From the IMG/VR virus record IMGVR_UViG_3300025120_010946, positions 1-64,000 of that record: 64,000 nt of DNA. The stretch is one strand, 5' to 3'. Positions 1 through 8,281 of the stretch are shown here, piece after piece. The notes under the pieces were generated by a model, which searched no databases, was not told the origin of the DNA, and was given only the letters and a program-made list of their open reading frames with translations. Every line of letters starts with the position of its first letter. Position 1 is the stretch's first letter. The translations under genes were made by a program, and so were the position numbers. Source of the stretch: a virus.

Positions 1-318
1 CACTCAGTTGGCGTAGGAACATCGGTTCATTTCTTCCAGCAAAGCAAAATTATTGCTAGTTCACATACTTTTGAATATATCGGTGCCGGTAACACTATTA
101 CAGAGGCAACTCCAAAACGTGGTGGTGTTACTATTCAAGCAAATGAAGTTACTAAAACAAACGGGGGAAACGTCGTTTATACCAGCACTGATCAGTCTGG
201 TAACTTCAGAATAGGTGATGACTTACAAATAAACCAAAACACCGGTACAATTAGTGGTAGAGCATTCTCCAGAAGTTTGTTTACAGAAATGACACCGTTT
301 ATTTTAGCACTGAGTTAA
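1..318 (+). CDS. C-terminal part of a virion structural/tail-associated protein (5' truncated)
   Basis: Open frame 1 from the window edge: HSVGVGTSVHFFQQSKIIASSHTFEYIGAG...TSTDQSGNFRIGDDLQINQNTGTISGRAF...LALS, TAA 316-318; resembles cyanophage structural protein C-termini. Confidence 0.65.
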   Translation, partial: HSVGVGTSVHFFQQSKIIASSHTFEYIGAGNTITEATPKRGGVTIQANEVTKTNGGNVVYTSTDQSGNFRIGDDLQINQNTGTISGRAFSRSLFTEMTPFILALS

Positions 319-319
319 T

Positions 320-652
320 ATGGCACAATTAGCACTTAATAGATTTCAAACAGTTACTTTAGCACTAACTGATTCAGAGCAGACAATGTACACTGCACCG
401 ACAGGTTATACTGCTATTCTTCTGTATGCACATGTAGCAAATGTTGGTAGTGCCGACGCTACTGTTACAATGAAACATGCAAGATCAGGAACTGATACAG
501 AAATCATAAAAGGAGCGAACGTTCCTACTAATGATGCATTTGTTCCGTTAAGTGGAAAATTAGTTTTAGAAACAAGTGATGCAGTAAAAATTACTGCAAG
601 TGCAAACAGCACACTTAAGTGTATTTTAAGTATCTTAGAGACAGCAACATAA
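320..652 (+). CDS. Hypothetical protein, probably a small beta-rich virion protein
   Basis: 110-aa ORF tightly packed in the structural gene run. Confidence 0.6.
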   Translation: MAQLALNRFQTVTLALTDSEQTMYTAPTGYTAILLYAHVANVGSADATVTMKHARSGTDTEIIKGANVPTNDAFVPLSGKLVLETSDAVKITASANSTLKCILSILETAT

Positions 653-653
653 A

Positions 654-1019
654 ATGCCATACATCGTAGGTGCCTTAACAAAAACAAACTTAGATATGAC
701 GGGAGGTATCGTTCGCTCTGGAGTGACGACAACTGCCACTACAAATGAGACTGCGATTATATCTCTTTCTGCGCCAAAATATCAATCTGTTGAGTTTAAT
801 GTGCAAGCAACTCAATCAAGTAGTTTTAATTCTACTATCGTTAAGGCAATGCATGATGGTTCATCAGCATATGTAACGGAATATGGAACACTTCAAGTTC
901 CATCAGGAATTGCTACTTTCTCTGCTGACTTGAGTGGAGGACAACTAAGACTTTTGGCGTATCCTTCATCTGCCGGTTTAACAACCTTTAGTGTAATCTA
1001 CACTGCATTGAACGCATGA
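654..1019 (+). CDS. Hypothetical virion-associated protein
   Basis: 121-aa T/S/G-rich ORF with a TEYG..IATFSADL pattern like tail-associated domains. Confidence 0.55.
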   Translation: MPYIVGALTKTNLDMTGGIVRSGVTTTATTNETAIISLSAPKYQSVEFNVQATQSSSFNSTIVKAMHDGSSAYVTEYGTLQVPSGIATFSADLSGGQLRLLAYPSSAGLTTFSVIYTALNA

Positions 1020-1354
1020 AAACATTTAAGGAGTTTATTCGAGAAGCAGCACCTACAAACTCTACTGGGAGTGGTGTTGATAATTATATTCCATATCTGT
1101 TTAAGAATGAAGATGATGATGATTTAACTCAAGATTATCAAACACCTGCTGAACCAGGTGAGGCAAAATTTAGATTTTCAAACATATATCCAGTTTTAAA
1201 ACTTTCATTATCCAATAGTCAAGGTGATGGACCTAGTATTGATCAAATGGTTCATGCTTCAAAAGAATATACGCAATTAATGGATAATAATACAATTCAA
1301 AGAATACGTGATAATATAAAAAGATTTCAAACTGAAAGAATTCAAGACAATTAA
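1016..1354 (+). CDS. Putative internal head protein with T4-like capsid-targeting N-terminus and gp23 N-arm-like segment
   Basis: Starts MKTFKEFIRE, then AAPTNSTGSGVDNYIPYL, which matches gp23 ATPTNSTGSAVDNFDPVL. Confidence 0.6.
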   Translation: MKTFKEFIREAAPTNSTGSGVDNYIPYLFKNEDDDDLTQDYQTPAEPGEAKFRFSNIYPVLKLSLSNSQGDGPSIDQMVHASKEYTQLMDNNTIQRIRDNIKRFQTERIQDN

Positions 1355-1366
1355 AGAATTGGATTA

Positions 1367-1373
1367 CTAAATA
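1367..1373 (+). promoter_or_regulatory. T4-type late promoter
   Basis: Intergenic CTAAATA about 30 nt before the ATG at 1404. Confidence 0.6.
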
Positions 1374-1403
1374 CATATTGATTATTCTAATCCTAGGTGT
1401 ATT

Positions 1404-1967
1404 ATGAAAACTTTAAAATATCTGGGAATAGGGTTAGGAGCGATAGTTGGTATTGCTCACATTGGTGTTCTAGGGCATTTAATATCGAGAAAAGATCACG
1501 TTCAACCACCTATCATTAATTTTCCTGCAGGTGATTACTCATCATATAAGGTAGAGGCAGGTAAAGAAGGTTACAGTATAGAATATAGAGCAAACGATCC
1601 TGCTATTCTTGAGTCACAAAAATCCTTATCATTAGATAAAACTAAGAGAGGATTATTTGGTGGTGGTAATGAAAGTCGTCGGGAGTGGCGCAAAGATCAA
1701 TACACTATGGATGGCACTAGGAATCTAGGAGGTGCTGTAGACGGCGAGGGAAAGTCTGCAAAAGACATAGAGTGTATCGTGGCGGACGCTGGAGCACGGA
1801 GTCAAGGTGCAATGGCGGGAAGTAGTATTGCTGCTGGAGTTGGTGTTCCTGCTGTGATTGGCATCCCATATGTTGGATGGTTAGCAGCTGGGTGGATGTC
1901 TTTGTTAGGACAGAATGTTGGATCTGAAGCAGGATCTATCGTCAACTCTGCAATTAGTGATTGCTAA
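1404..1967 (+). CDS. Hypothetical membrane-associated protein
   Basis: N-terminal hydrophobic helix and C-terminal Gly/Ala-rich hydrophobic segment. Confidence 0.65.
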   Translation: MKTLKYLGIGLGAIVGIAHIGVLGHLISRKDHVQPPIINFPAGDYSSYKVEAGKEGYSIEYRANDPAILESQKSLSLDKTKRGLFGGGNESRREWRKDQYTMDGTRNLGGAVDGEGKSAKDIECIVADAGARSQGAMAGSSIAAGVGVPAVIGIPYVGWLAAGWMSLLGQNVGSEAGSIVNSAISDC

Positions 1968-1970
1968 ATA
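1964..1970 (+). promoter_or_regulatory. T4-type late promoter
   Basis: CTAAATA overlapping the upstream stop, before the ATG at 1993. Confidence 0.6.
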
Positions 1971-1992
1971 ATATTAAGACTATTATTTTCTT

Positions 1993-3387
1993 ATGAAAAA
2001 ATGTCCAGCTGGACAGTATTACTGTTTTACTAGTAAGAAATGTAAAAAAATTCCCATGGGATATCATGTGGGTGGAAGGGGTATGCTTGAACCAGATACC
2101 GATACCAATAAAAAAGGTAATGGTAATGGCAATGGCAATGGTAACGGTGGCAATGGTAATGGTGCCGGTAACGGTGGCAATGGTAATGGTGCCGGTAACG
2201 GTGGTGGCGGTAACGGTGGTGGTATGGGAGAACAAGTAGTCCATGAAGGTGGTAACCTTCGTCAGTGGTTCAAAGGATCCAAATCAAAAGATGGTAAAGG
2301 TGGTTGGGTAAATGTCCGTACTGGCGGAACATGTGCAAGTGATGAACCTGGAGAGGGAACTCCTAAGTGTGTTTCTTCTGCAAAAAGAGCAAGTATGACA
2401 AAAGCAGAAAGAGATTCTGCTGCTAGAAGAAAAACAAAAGCAGATCCTGGACAACAACAAAAAACGGGTGCTGCTAAACCAACTTATGTAAAAACTGATA
2501 GTCCTAGAAAGATGAAGAACGAAGAAATCGAACTCATTCAAGAAAAGGACAAAAAAGGTAAAGGTAGTGGATCAAAAGACGCCTGTTACCACAAAGTAAA
2601 ATCTCGTTACAGTGTTTGGCCTAGTGCATATGCGTCAGGAGCACTAGTCAAATGTCGTAAGGTAGGCGCTGCAAACTGGGGAAACAAGTCTGAAGAACTT
2701 TCCTGGGATGAACTAACAGAGAAGTGCTGGCCTGGATACGAGAAAAAAGGAATGAAGACAATGTTTGGAAAAAGATATCCAAACTGCGTTAAAAAGAAAG
2801 CAACCAGAAAAGAGCAGGTTGAAGAAGCAGTAAGACTCCCCGCTAAAACTGGTAATATTATTGATGTAAATTTTGTCTTTAGAGGAAGAGGCTTCAGTCT
2901 TAAAATGTTCTTCCCTAAAGTAGGAATTCCAAGTAGATCTGATGTAATGGATCAGATCGATAAAGTATATCCTGGCGCAAAACTAACGTATTTCAGAGTC
3001 GCTGACTATGAACCAGGACAACCACTCCTCAGAGTTTCAGAAGAAACAGAAGACAAAAGAGGAGAAACTATTGCAGATTATGCAAATGACGGAAAAATAT
3101 CAGAAGGACAAATTGTGGATTCCGAGGGGGCACTAGGAGAGGGTGCTGCTTGGACTAAAAAGTCTGGTAAGAATAAAGAGGGTGGACTTAACGAAAAAGG
3201 GCGTAAGTCTTATGAAAGAGAAAACCCAGGTTCTGATCTTAAAGCACCATCTAAAAAGAAAGGAAACAAAAGAAGAGCATCATTCTGTGCAAGAATGAAA
3301 GGTATGAAAGCAAAACTAACTTCTGCCAAAACTGCAAGAGATCCAGATAGCAGAATTAACAAAAGTTTGAGAGCTTGGAACTGCTGA
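1993..3387 (+). CDS. Modular basic protein, probable internal head (poly)protein
   Basis: 464 aa; Lys/Cys-rich modules separated by acidic (L/I/V)xE junctions; Gly-Asn linker. Confidence 0.65.
   Translation: MKKCPAGQYYCFTSKKCKKIPMGYHVGGRGMLEPDTDTNKKGNGNGNGNGNGGNGNGAGNGGNGNGAGNGGGGNGGGMGEQVVHEGGNLRQWFKGSKSKDGKGGWVNVRTGGTCASDEPGEGTPKCVSSAKRASMTKAERDSAARRKTKADPGQQQKTGAAKPTYVKTDSPRKMKNEEIELIQEKDKKGKGSGSKDACYHKVKSRYSVWPSAYASGALVKCRKVGAANWGNKSEELSWDELTEKCWPGYEKKGMKTMFGKRYPNCVKKKATRKEQVEEAVRLPAKTGNIIDVNFVFRGRGFSLKMFFPKVGIPSRSDVMDQIDKVYPGAKLTYFRVADYEPGQPLLRVSEETEDKRGETIADYANDGKISEGQIVDSEGALGEGAAWTKKSGKNKEGGLNEKGRKSYERENPGSDLKAPSKKKGNKRRASFCARMKGMKAKLTSAKTARDPDSRINKSLRAWNC
2116..2223 (+). repeat. Gly-Asn low-complexity coding repeat including a 27-nt tandem duplication
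   Basis: GGTAACGGTGGCAATGGTAATGGTGCC at 2140-2166 and 2167-2193, partial third copy to 2204. Confidence 0.9.
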
Positions 3388-3394
3388 ATAAATT

Positions 3395-5041
3395 ATGCCT
3401 GATAATGTATACCTTGGTAATCCAAATCTAAAAAAAGCAAATACGCCGATTGAATTTACTGAAGAGCAAATCATTGAGTTTGTTCAGTGTCAGGATGATC
3501 CTGTTTATTTTGCCAATAAGTATGTAAAAATTGTTAGTTTGGATGAGGGACTTGTTCCTTTTACACCATATAAATTTCAAGAGAAGTTAATTCATAATTT
3601 TCATGAGAATAGATTTAACATCTGTAAAATGCCGCGACAGACTGGCAAAAGCACTACAGTTGTTTCTTATCTTCTTCATTATGCGATTTTCAATGCCAGT
3701 GTTAATATCGGCATACTTGCTAACAAAGCAGCAACTGCTAGGGAACTTTTAGGAAGATTACAAACTGCGTATGAGAATCTTCCTAAATGGATGCAGCAAG
3801 GTATTATGGTATGGAACAAAGGTTCTTTGGAGTTAGAAAATGGAAGTAAAATATTGGCAGCGTCTACGTCTGCAAGTGCTGTCCGAGGTATGTCATTTAA
3901 CATCCTCTTTCTCGACGAGTTCGCGTTCGTACCAAACCATATTGCTGACTCATTCTTTGCCTCTGTTTATCCTACTATTACTTCTGGTAAAAACACCAAG
4001 GTAATTATTGTTTCTACGCCACATGGTATGAATCACTTCTACCGCATGTGGAGTGATGCAGAGAAGGGTAGAAATGAATATCTACCTACTGACGTTCACT
4101 GGAGTGAAGTACCTGGTAGGGATGAAGCATGGAAAGAACAAACAATTGCAAACACATCTGATCAACAATTTAAAATTGAGTTTGAATGTGAATTCTTAGG
4201 ATCAATCGATACATTGATTGCTGCTAGTAAGTTGAGATCACTAGTATATGATGCTCCTATTATATCAAACGCTGGATTAGATGTATATGAAGAACCCCAA
4301 AAGGATCATGATTATGTTATGACTGTTGATGTAGCTCGTGGAGTTGGTGAAGATTATTCTGCTTTTGTATGTGTAGATATCACTTCTTTTCCACATAAAG
4401 TTGTGGCAAAATATAGAAACAATGATATAAAACCAATGTTATTTCCAAATATAATTTGGGAAGTGGCAAAGAAATATAATAGCGCATTTATTTTGTGTGA
4501 AGTAAATGATATTGGAGATCAAGTAGCATCACTACTTCATTACGATTTAGAATATCAAAATGTTCTTATGTGCTCCATGCGCGGCAGAGCAGGACAAGTT
4601 GTAGGACAAGGATTCTCTGGAAAAAAGACACAGTTAGGTGTCAAGATGTCCAAGACTGTTAAAAAAGTAGGATCTCTCAATCTAAAAGCAATGATTGAAG
4701 AGAACAAATTACTTTTTCATGATTTAGATATTATATCAGAACTAACCACCTTCATATCAAAACATAATTCATTTGAAGCAGAAGATGGATGTAATGATGA
4801 TTTAGCAATGTGCCTTGTAATTTATGCATGGTTGGTTGCACAAGACTATTTTAAAGAACTTACTGATCAAGATATTAGAAAGAGATTATATGAAGAACAA
4901 AAGAATCAGATAGAACAAGACATGGCACCATTTGGATTTTTAAATGATGGTTTGGATGATGATAGTTTTGTTGATGGTGATGGAGATAGATGGACAACAG
5001 CAGAATATGGAGATCGTTCATACATGTGGGAGTATAGATAA
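3395..5041 (+). CDS. gp17: Terminase large subunit
   Basis: YLGNPNLK N-terminus, Walker A PRQTGKST, Walker B LFLDEFAF, nuclease DVARG and DDLAM motifs. Confidence 0.98.
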   Translation: MPDNVYLGNPNLKKANTPIEFTEEQIIEFVQCQDDPVYFANKYVKIVSLDEGLVPFTPYKFQEKLIHNFHENRFNICKMPRQTGKSTTVVSYLLHYAIFNASVNIGILANKAATARELLGRLQTAYENLPKWMQQGIMVWNKGSLELENGSKILAASTSASAVRGMSFNILFLDEFAFVPNHIADSFFASVYPTITSGKNTKVIIVSTPHGMNHFYRMWSDAEKGRNEYLPTDVHWSEVPGRDEAWKEQTIANTSDQQFKIEFECEFLGSIDTLIAASKLRSLVYDAPIISNAGLDVYEEPQKDHDYVMTVDVARGVGEDYSAFVCVDITSFPHKVVAKYRNNDIKPMLFPNIIWEVAKKYNSAFILCEVNDIGDQVASLLHYDLEYQNVLMCSMRGRAGQVVGQGFSGKKTQLGVKMSKTVKKVGSLNLKAMIEENKLLFHDLDIISELTTFISKHNSFEAEDGCNDDLAMCLVIYAWLVAQDYFKELTDQDIRKRLYEEQKNQIEQDMAPFGFLNDGLDDDSFVDGDGDRWTTAEYGDRSYMWEYR

Positions 5042-5271
5042 TGGATCTTGATGGACAAATTAAACTTGGACATCTGCTCCTTAATGATAGAAAATGTAGA
5101 GTTTGTGGAGAAACAAAAAATCTTATAGAGGGATATTACAGAACTAGAAAGGATAGAGGAGCAGTTGCTTCATCATATTCATATGAATGTAAGGATTGTA
5201 CTATTAAAAGAATAGTGAGTAGTAGAAAGAAACAAACACTATTTGTAGATTATACTTATCCAGATTGGTAG
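5041..5271 (+). CDS. Small Zn-finger protein (like the N-terminal domain of EndoVII/HNH nucleases)
   Basis: CRVC...ECKDC motif, 76 aa, no catalytic domain visible. Confidence 0.6.
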   Translation: MDLDGQIKLGHLLLNDRKCRVCGETKNLIEGYYRTRKDRGAVASSYSYECKDCTIKRIVSSRKKQTLFVDYTYPDW

Positions 5272-5308
5272 TTCACGTCTCATTTCCCCGATGAAAATAC
5301 TTTTAATT

Positions 5309-5315
5309 CTAAATA
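5309..5315 (+). promoter_or_regulatory. Late promoter for gp18
   Basis: Intergenic CTAAATA upstream of the tail sheath gene. Confidence 0.7.
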
Positions 5316-5347
5316 TCTAAAGATAAACTGAGACAACGGAGAAAAAA

Positions 5348-7549
5348 ATGGCGACTCCTCAACTATCTCCAGGGATACTTGTAAGGGAGGTTGATCTTAC
5401 CGTAGGAAGAGCTGACAATGTTCTTCAAAATAACGGTGCGATTGCTGGACCTTTTAGTTTAGGTCCTGTTTCTGAAGCAATTGATATCACCACAGAAGAA
5501 GAATTTATTTCAACATTCGGACAACCTATTTCAACCGATAGACACTACGAATATTGGATGACTGCATCATCTTTCCTCTCTTATGGTGGAAGACTTAAAG
5601 TTGTCAGAGTAGACGGTGCTAACCTCAACAACGCAAATGCTGGTGTAGGATTGGCATCCACAGCAGTTAAGATCAAAAACTTTGATGATTATAATGCCAA
5701 TTATCAGTCAGCGACTGATTTTTATTATTCTGCAAAAAATCCCGGAACTTACCTGAATGATCTTAAGGTAGCTACCATCGATGATTTTGGTGATCAAGTC
5801 ATTGGACTTTCAACTAATGATCCTGGACTTTCAAATCTTAAAGTTGGATTTGGTGTTACCATGGCGCTCAGTGGAACTGAGGCTGGTATTGGAACAACTA
5901 AATCTGTTGATGGATTCCTGAAGGGAATTATCACTGGAGTTACCACGGACTCTACAAACGGCGCGAGTAGCATCGTTGTTAAAGTTGTATCCAGAGTTTC
6001 TGGACAAAATACTGAAACTGCAACTTCTTATGCTCAATCTGATCCACTAAGATCTTTCCAACCTGGATCTGCTATTATTCCTGTTAATAACTCAGGAATT
6101 AATACTGGTAAAGGAATTGGGGTATTTGCAGGAGCTGCTGGTACAGTAACTGATTGGTATGACGGACAAACTCTTGGATTGACAAACGCTACAATTTTCT
6201 GGAAAGAAATTGCACCTAAACCCACAACATCTCAGTATGTATCTGATAGAAGTGGTAAAAATGACTCAATGCATGTCGTCGTTGTAGATGACACAGGTAG
6301 TGTGACAGGAATTAAGGGTAATATCCTTGAGAGAAATACATTCATCTCTAAAGCAACTGATACAGTTTCTGCTATTTCATCACCTGAGAGAACTTACTAT
6401 AAAGATTTCCTTTCATTAGGATCTAAGTATCTCTATGCTGGAGGAAATGTTTCTGCTGCACGCGATACTTTCCATCTGACTGAACCTGTTGCTACAGGAT
6501 TCTCTACAGCATTTACTAAGTTTACTACAGCAGAAGGACTTTTTGGACAGTTAGCACAAGACACAACATTCAGTGCTATCGGCAATAAGACTTATACCCT
6601 TACAAATGGTAAGGATTATAGTGGAACAAATAACACAGGAATGTCTGCATCTCTTGGTGATCTGACAGCTGGTTATGAACTTTTTGCTAACAAAGATGAG
6701 ATTGAAGTAAACTTCCTTCTCATGGGTCCTGGATGCTCAACCGAAGCAGAATCACAGGCAAAAGCACAGCAACTTATTTCTGTTGCTCAAGGTAGAAAAG
6801 ACTGTATTGCAGTTATTTCCCCCGATAGAAACAACGTTGTTGATGTTTCATCTACAACAGATCAAACAAACAACATCGTTAGATTCTTCAGTACTTTAAA
6901 TTCCTCTTCATTCGCAGTCTTTGAAAGTGGGTATAAGTACATGTATGATAGATTCAACAATCAATTCCGTTATATCCCAACTAATGGAGACGTTGCTGGA
7001 TTGATGGTTAGAACTGAAATTGATCAGTTCCCATGGTACTCACCTGCTGGACAGCAAAGAGGTGTTCTTAACAATGCAATTAAACTTGCATACAACCCCA
7101 ATAAAGCACAAAGAGATTCTCTCTATGAAGCAAGAGTCAACTCTATTGTAACTTTACCAGGAGTTGGAACTGTTCTTTATGGTGATAAGACTGCATTGAA
7201 CTTTGCTTCTGCGTTTGATAGAATCAACGTTCGCCGTCTGTTCCTTACAGTTGAAAAAGCACTTGAAGGACTTGCTAATGATCAACTCTTTGAGTTCAAT
7301 GATGAGATTACTAGATCTTCCTTCACCAATGCTGTTGAACCTTACCTTCGCGATGTTCAAGCAAAGAGAGGACTTTTTGACTTCCGCGTCATTTGTGACT
7401 CCTCCAATAACACTCCTGAAATCATTGACAATAATGAATTCAGAGCAGATATCTTCCTCAAGCCCACCAAATCAATTAACTATGTTACTTTGACGTTCGT
7501 CGCCACACGAACAGGTGTTGCTTTTGAAGAAGTTACTGGCAGAGTTTGA
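5348..7549 (+). CDS. gp18: Tail sheath protein
   Basis: LSPGILVREVDLT N-terminus; PWYSPAG, FDRINVRRLF and FEFND motifs. Confidence 0.97.
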   Translation: MATPQLSPGILVREVDLTVGRADNVLQNNGAIAGPFSLGPVSEAIDITTEEEFISTFGQPISTDRHYEYWMTASSFLSYGGRLKVVRVDGANLNNANAGVGLASTAVKIKNFDDYNANYQSATDFYYSAKNPGTYLNDLKVATIDDFGDQVIGLSTNDPGLSNLKVGFGVTMALSGTEAGIGTTKSVDGFLKGIITGVTTDSTNGASSIVVKVVSRVSGQNTETATSYAQSDPLRSFQPGSAIIPVNNSGINTGKGIGVFAGAAGTVTDWYDGQTLGLTNATIFWKEIAPKPTTSQYVSDRSGKNDSMHVVVVDDTGSVTGIKGNILERNTFISKATDTVSAISSPERTYYKDFLSLGSKYLYAGGNVSAARDTFHLTEPVATGFSTAFTKFTTAEGLFGQLAQDTTFSAIGNKTYTLTNGKDYSGTNNTGMSASLGDLTAGYELFANKDEIEVNFLLMGPGCSTEAESQAKAQQLISVAQGRKDCIAVISPDRNNVVDVSSTTDQTNNIVRFFSTLNSSSFAVFESGYKYMYDRFNNQFRYIPTNGDVAGLMVRTEIDQFPWYSPAGQQRGVLNNAIKLAYNPNKAQRDSLYEARVNSIVTLPGVGTVLYGDKTALNFASAFDRINVRRLFLTVEKALEGLANDQLFEFNDEITRSSFTNAVEPYLRDVQAKRGLFDFRVICDSSNNTPEIIDNNEFRADIFLKPTKSINYVTLTFVATRTGVAFEEVTGRV

Positions 7550-7583
7550 TTTTAAGATACAATAAACACGGAGGACACAACTA

Positions 7584-8243
7584 ATGGCAAACTTAAGAAC
7601 AATCACTAACTTTAAATCCGCCCTCAGAGGGGGCGGTGCTCGTCCTAATCTATTTGAAATTGACATCACCGGATGGCCTGGTGGTGAAAATATGGGTAAC
7701 TTTGGTAATGATGCTAAGGAAGAGTTTCAATTCCTTTGCAAAGCAGCTGCTCTGCCTTCTTCTAACATTACTCCAATTGAGATTCCTTTTAGAGGAAGAA
7801 CTCTCAAGGTTGCTGGTGATAGAACTTTTGATACCTGGACTATTACAATTATCAATGATGAAAACTTCAGACTTAGAACTAAGTTTGAGCAGTGGATGAA
7901 TGGTATCAACAAACTGACTGATGGATCTGGTGCAACTAACCCAGGTTCATATATGGGCAATGCTGTTGTTCATCAACTCGGTAGAGGTGCTAATCAAGGT
8001 AGAAATTCAATCACTAACTCAGGTGGTGGTGACGGAAGTGGTGGACGTGATAACATTCGTCCTCTCAGAACTTATTACTTTAGTGATATTTTCCCAACTG
8101 AAGTTTCCGAAATTGGACTATCTTATGACAGCACTGATACCATTGAAGAGTTCACTGTAACCTTCCAAGTTCAGTACTGGGTTGCTGGTACAAATAGTAC
8201 AAATGGTGGACCTGCTGATCAACGCAATAACGTAACCAGATAA
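7584..8243 (+). CDS. gp19: Tail tube protein
   Basis: GGARPNLFE, FRGRTLKVAGDRTFDTW, IEEFTVTFQ. Confidence 0.96.
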   Translation: MANLRTITNFKSALRGGGARPNLFEIDITGWPGGENMGNFGNDAKEEFQFLCKAAALPSSNITPIEIPFRGRTLKVAGDRTFDTWTITIINDENFRLRTKFEQWMNGINKLTDGSGATNPGSYMGNAVVHQLGRGANQGRNSITNSGGGDGSGGRDNIRPLRTYYFSDIFPTEVSEIGLSYDSTDTIEEFTVTFQVQYWVAGTNSTNGGPADQRNNVTR

Positions 8244-8248
8244 ATCAG

Positions 8249-8255
8249 ATAAATA
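8249..8255 (+). promoter_or_regulatory. Late promoter for gp20
   Basis: Intergenic ATAAATA. Confidence 0.6.
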
Positions 8256-8281
8256 GTCAAATAAAAGACTACTAATAAATC

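Noticed and set aside
2116-2223. Phase-variable or regulatory repeat
   Set aside because: Unit lengths are multiples of three; it simply encodes a Gly-Asn linker
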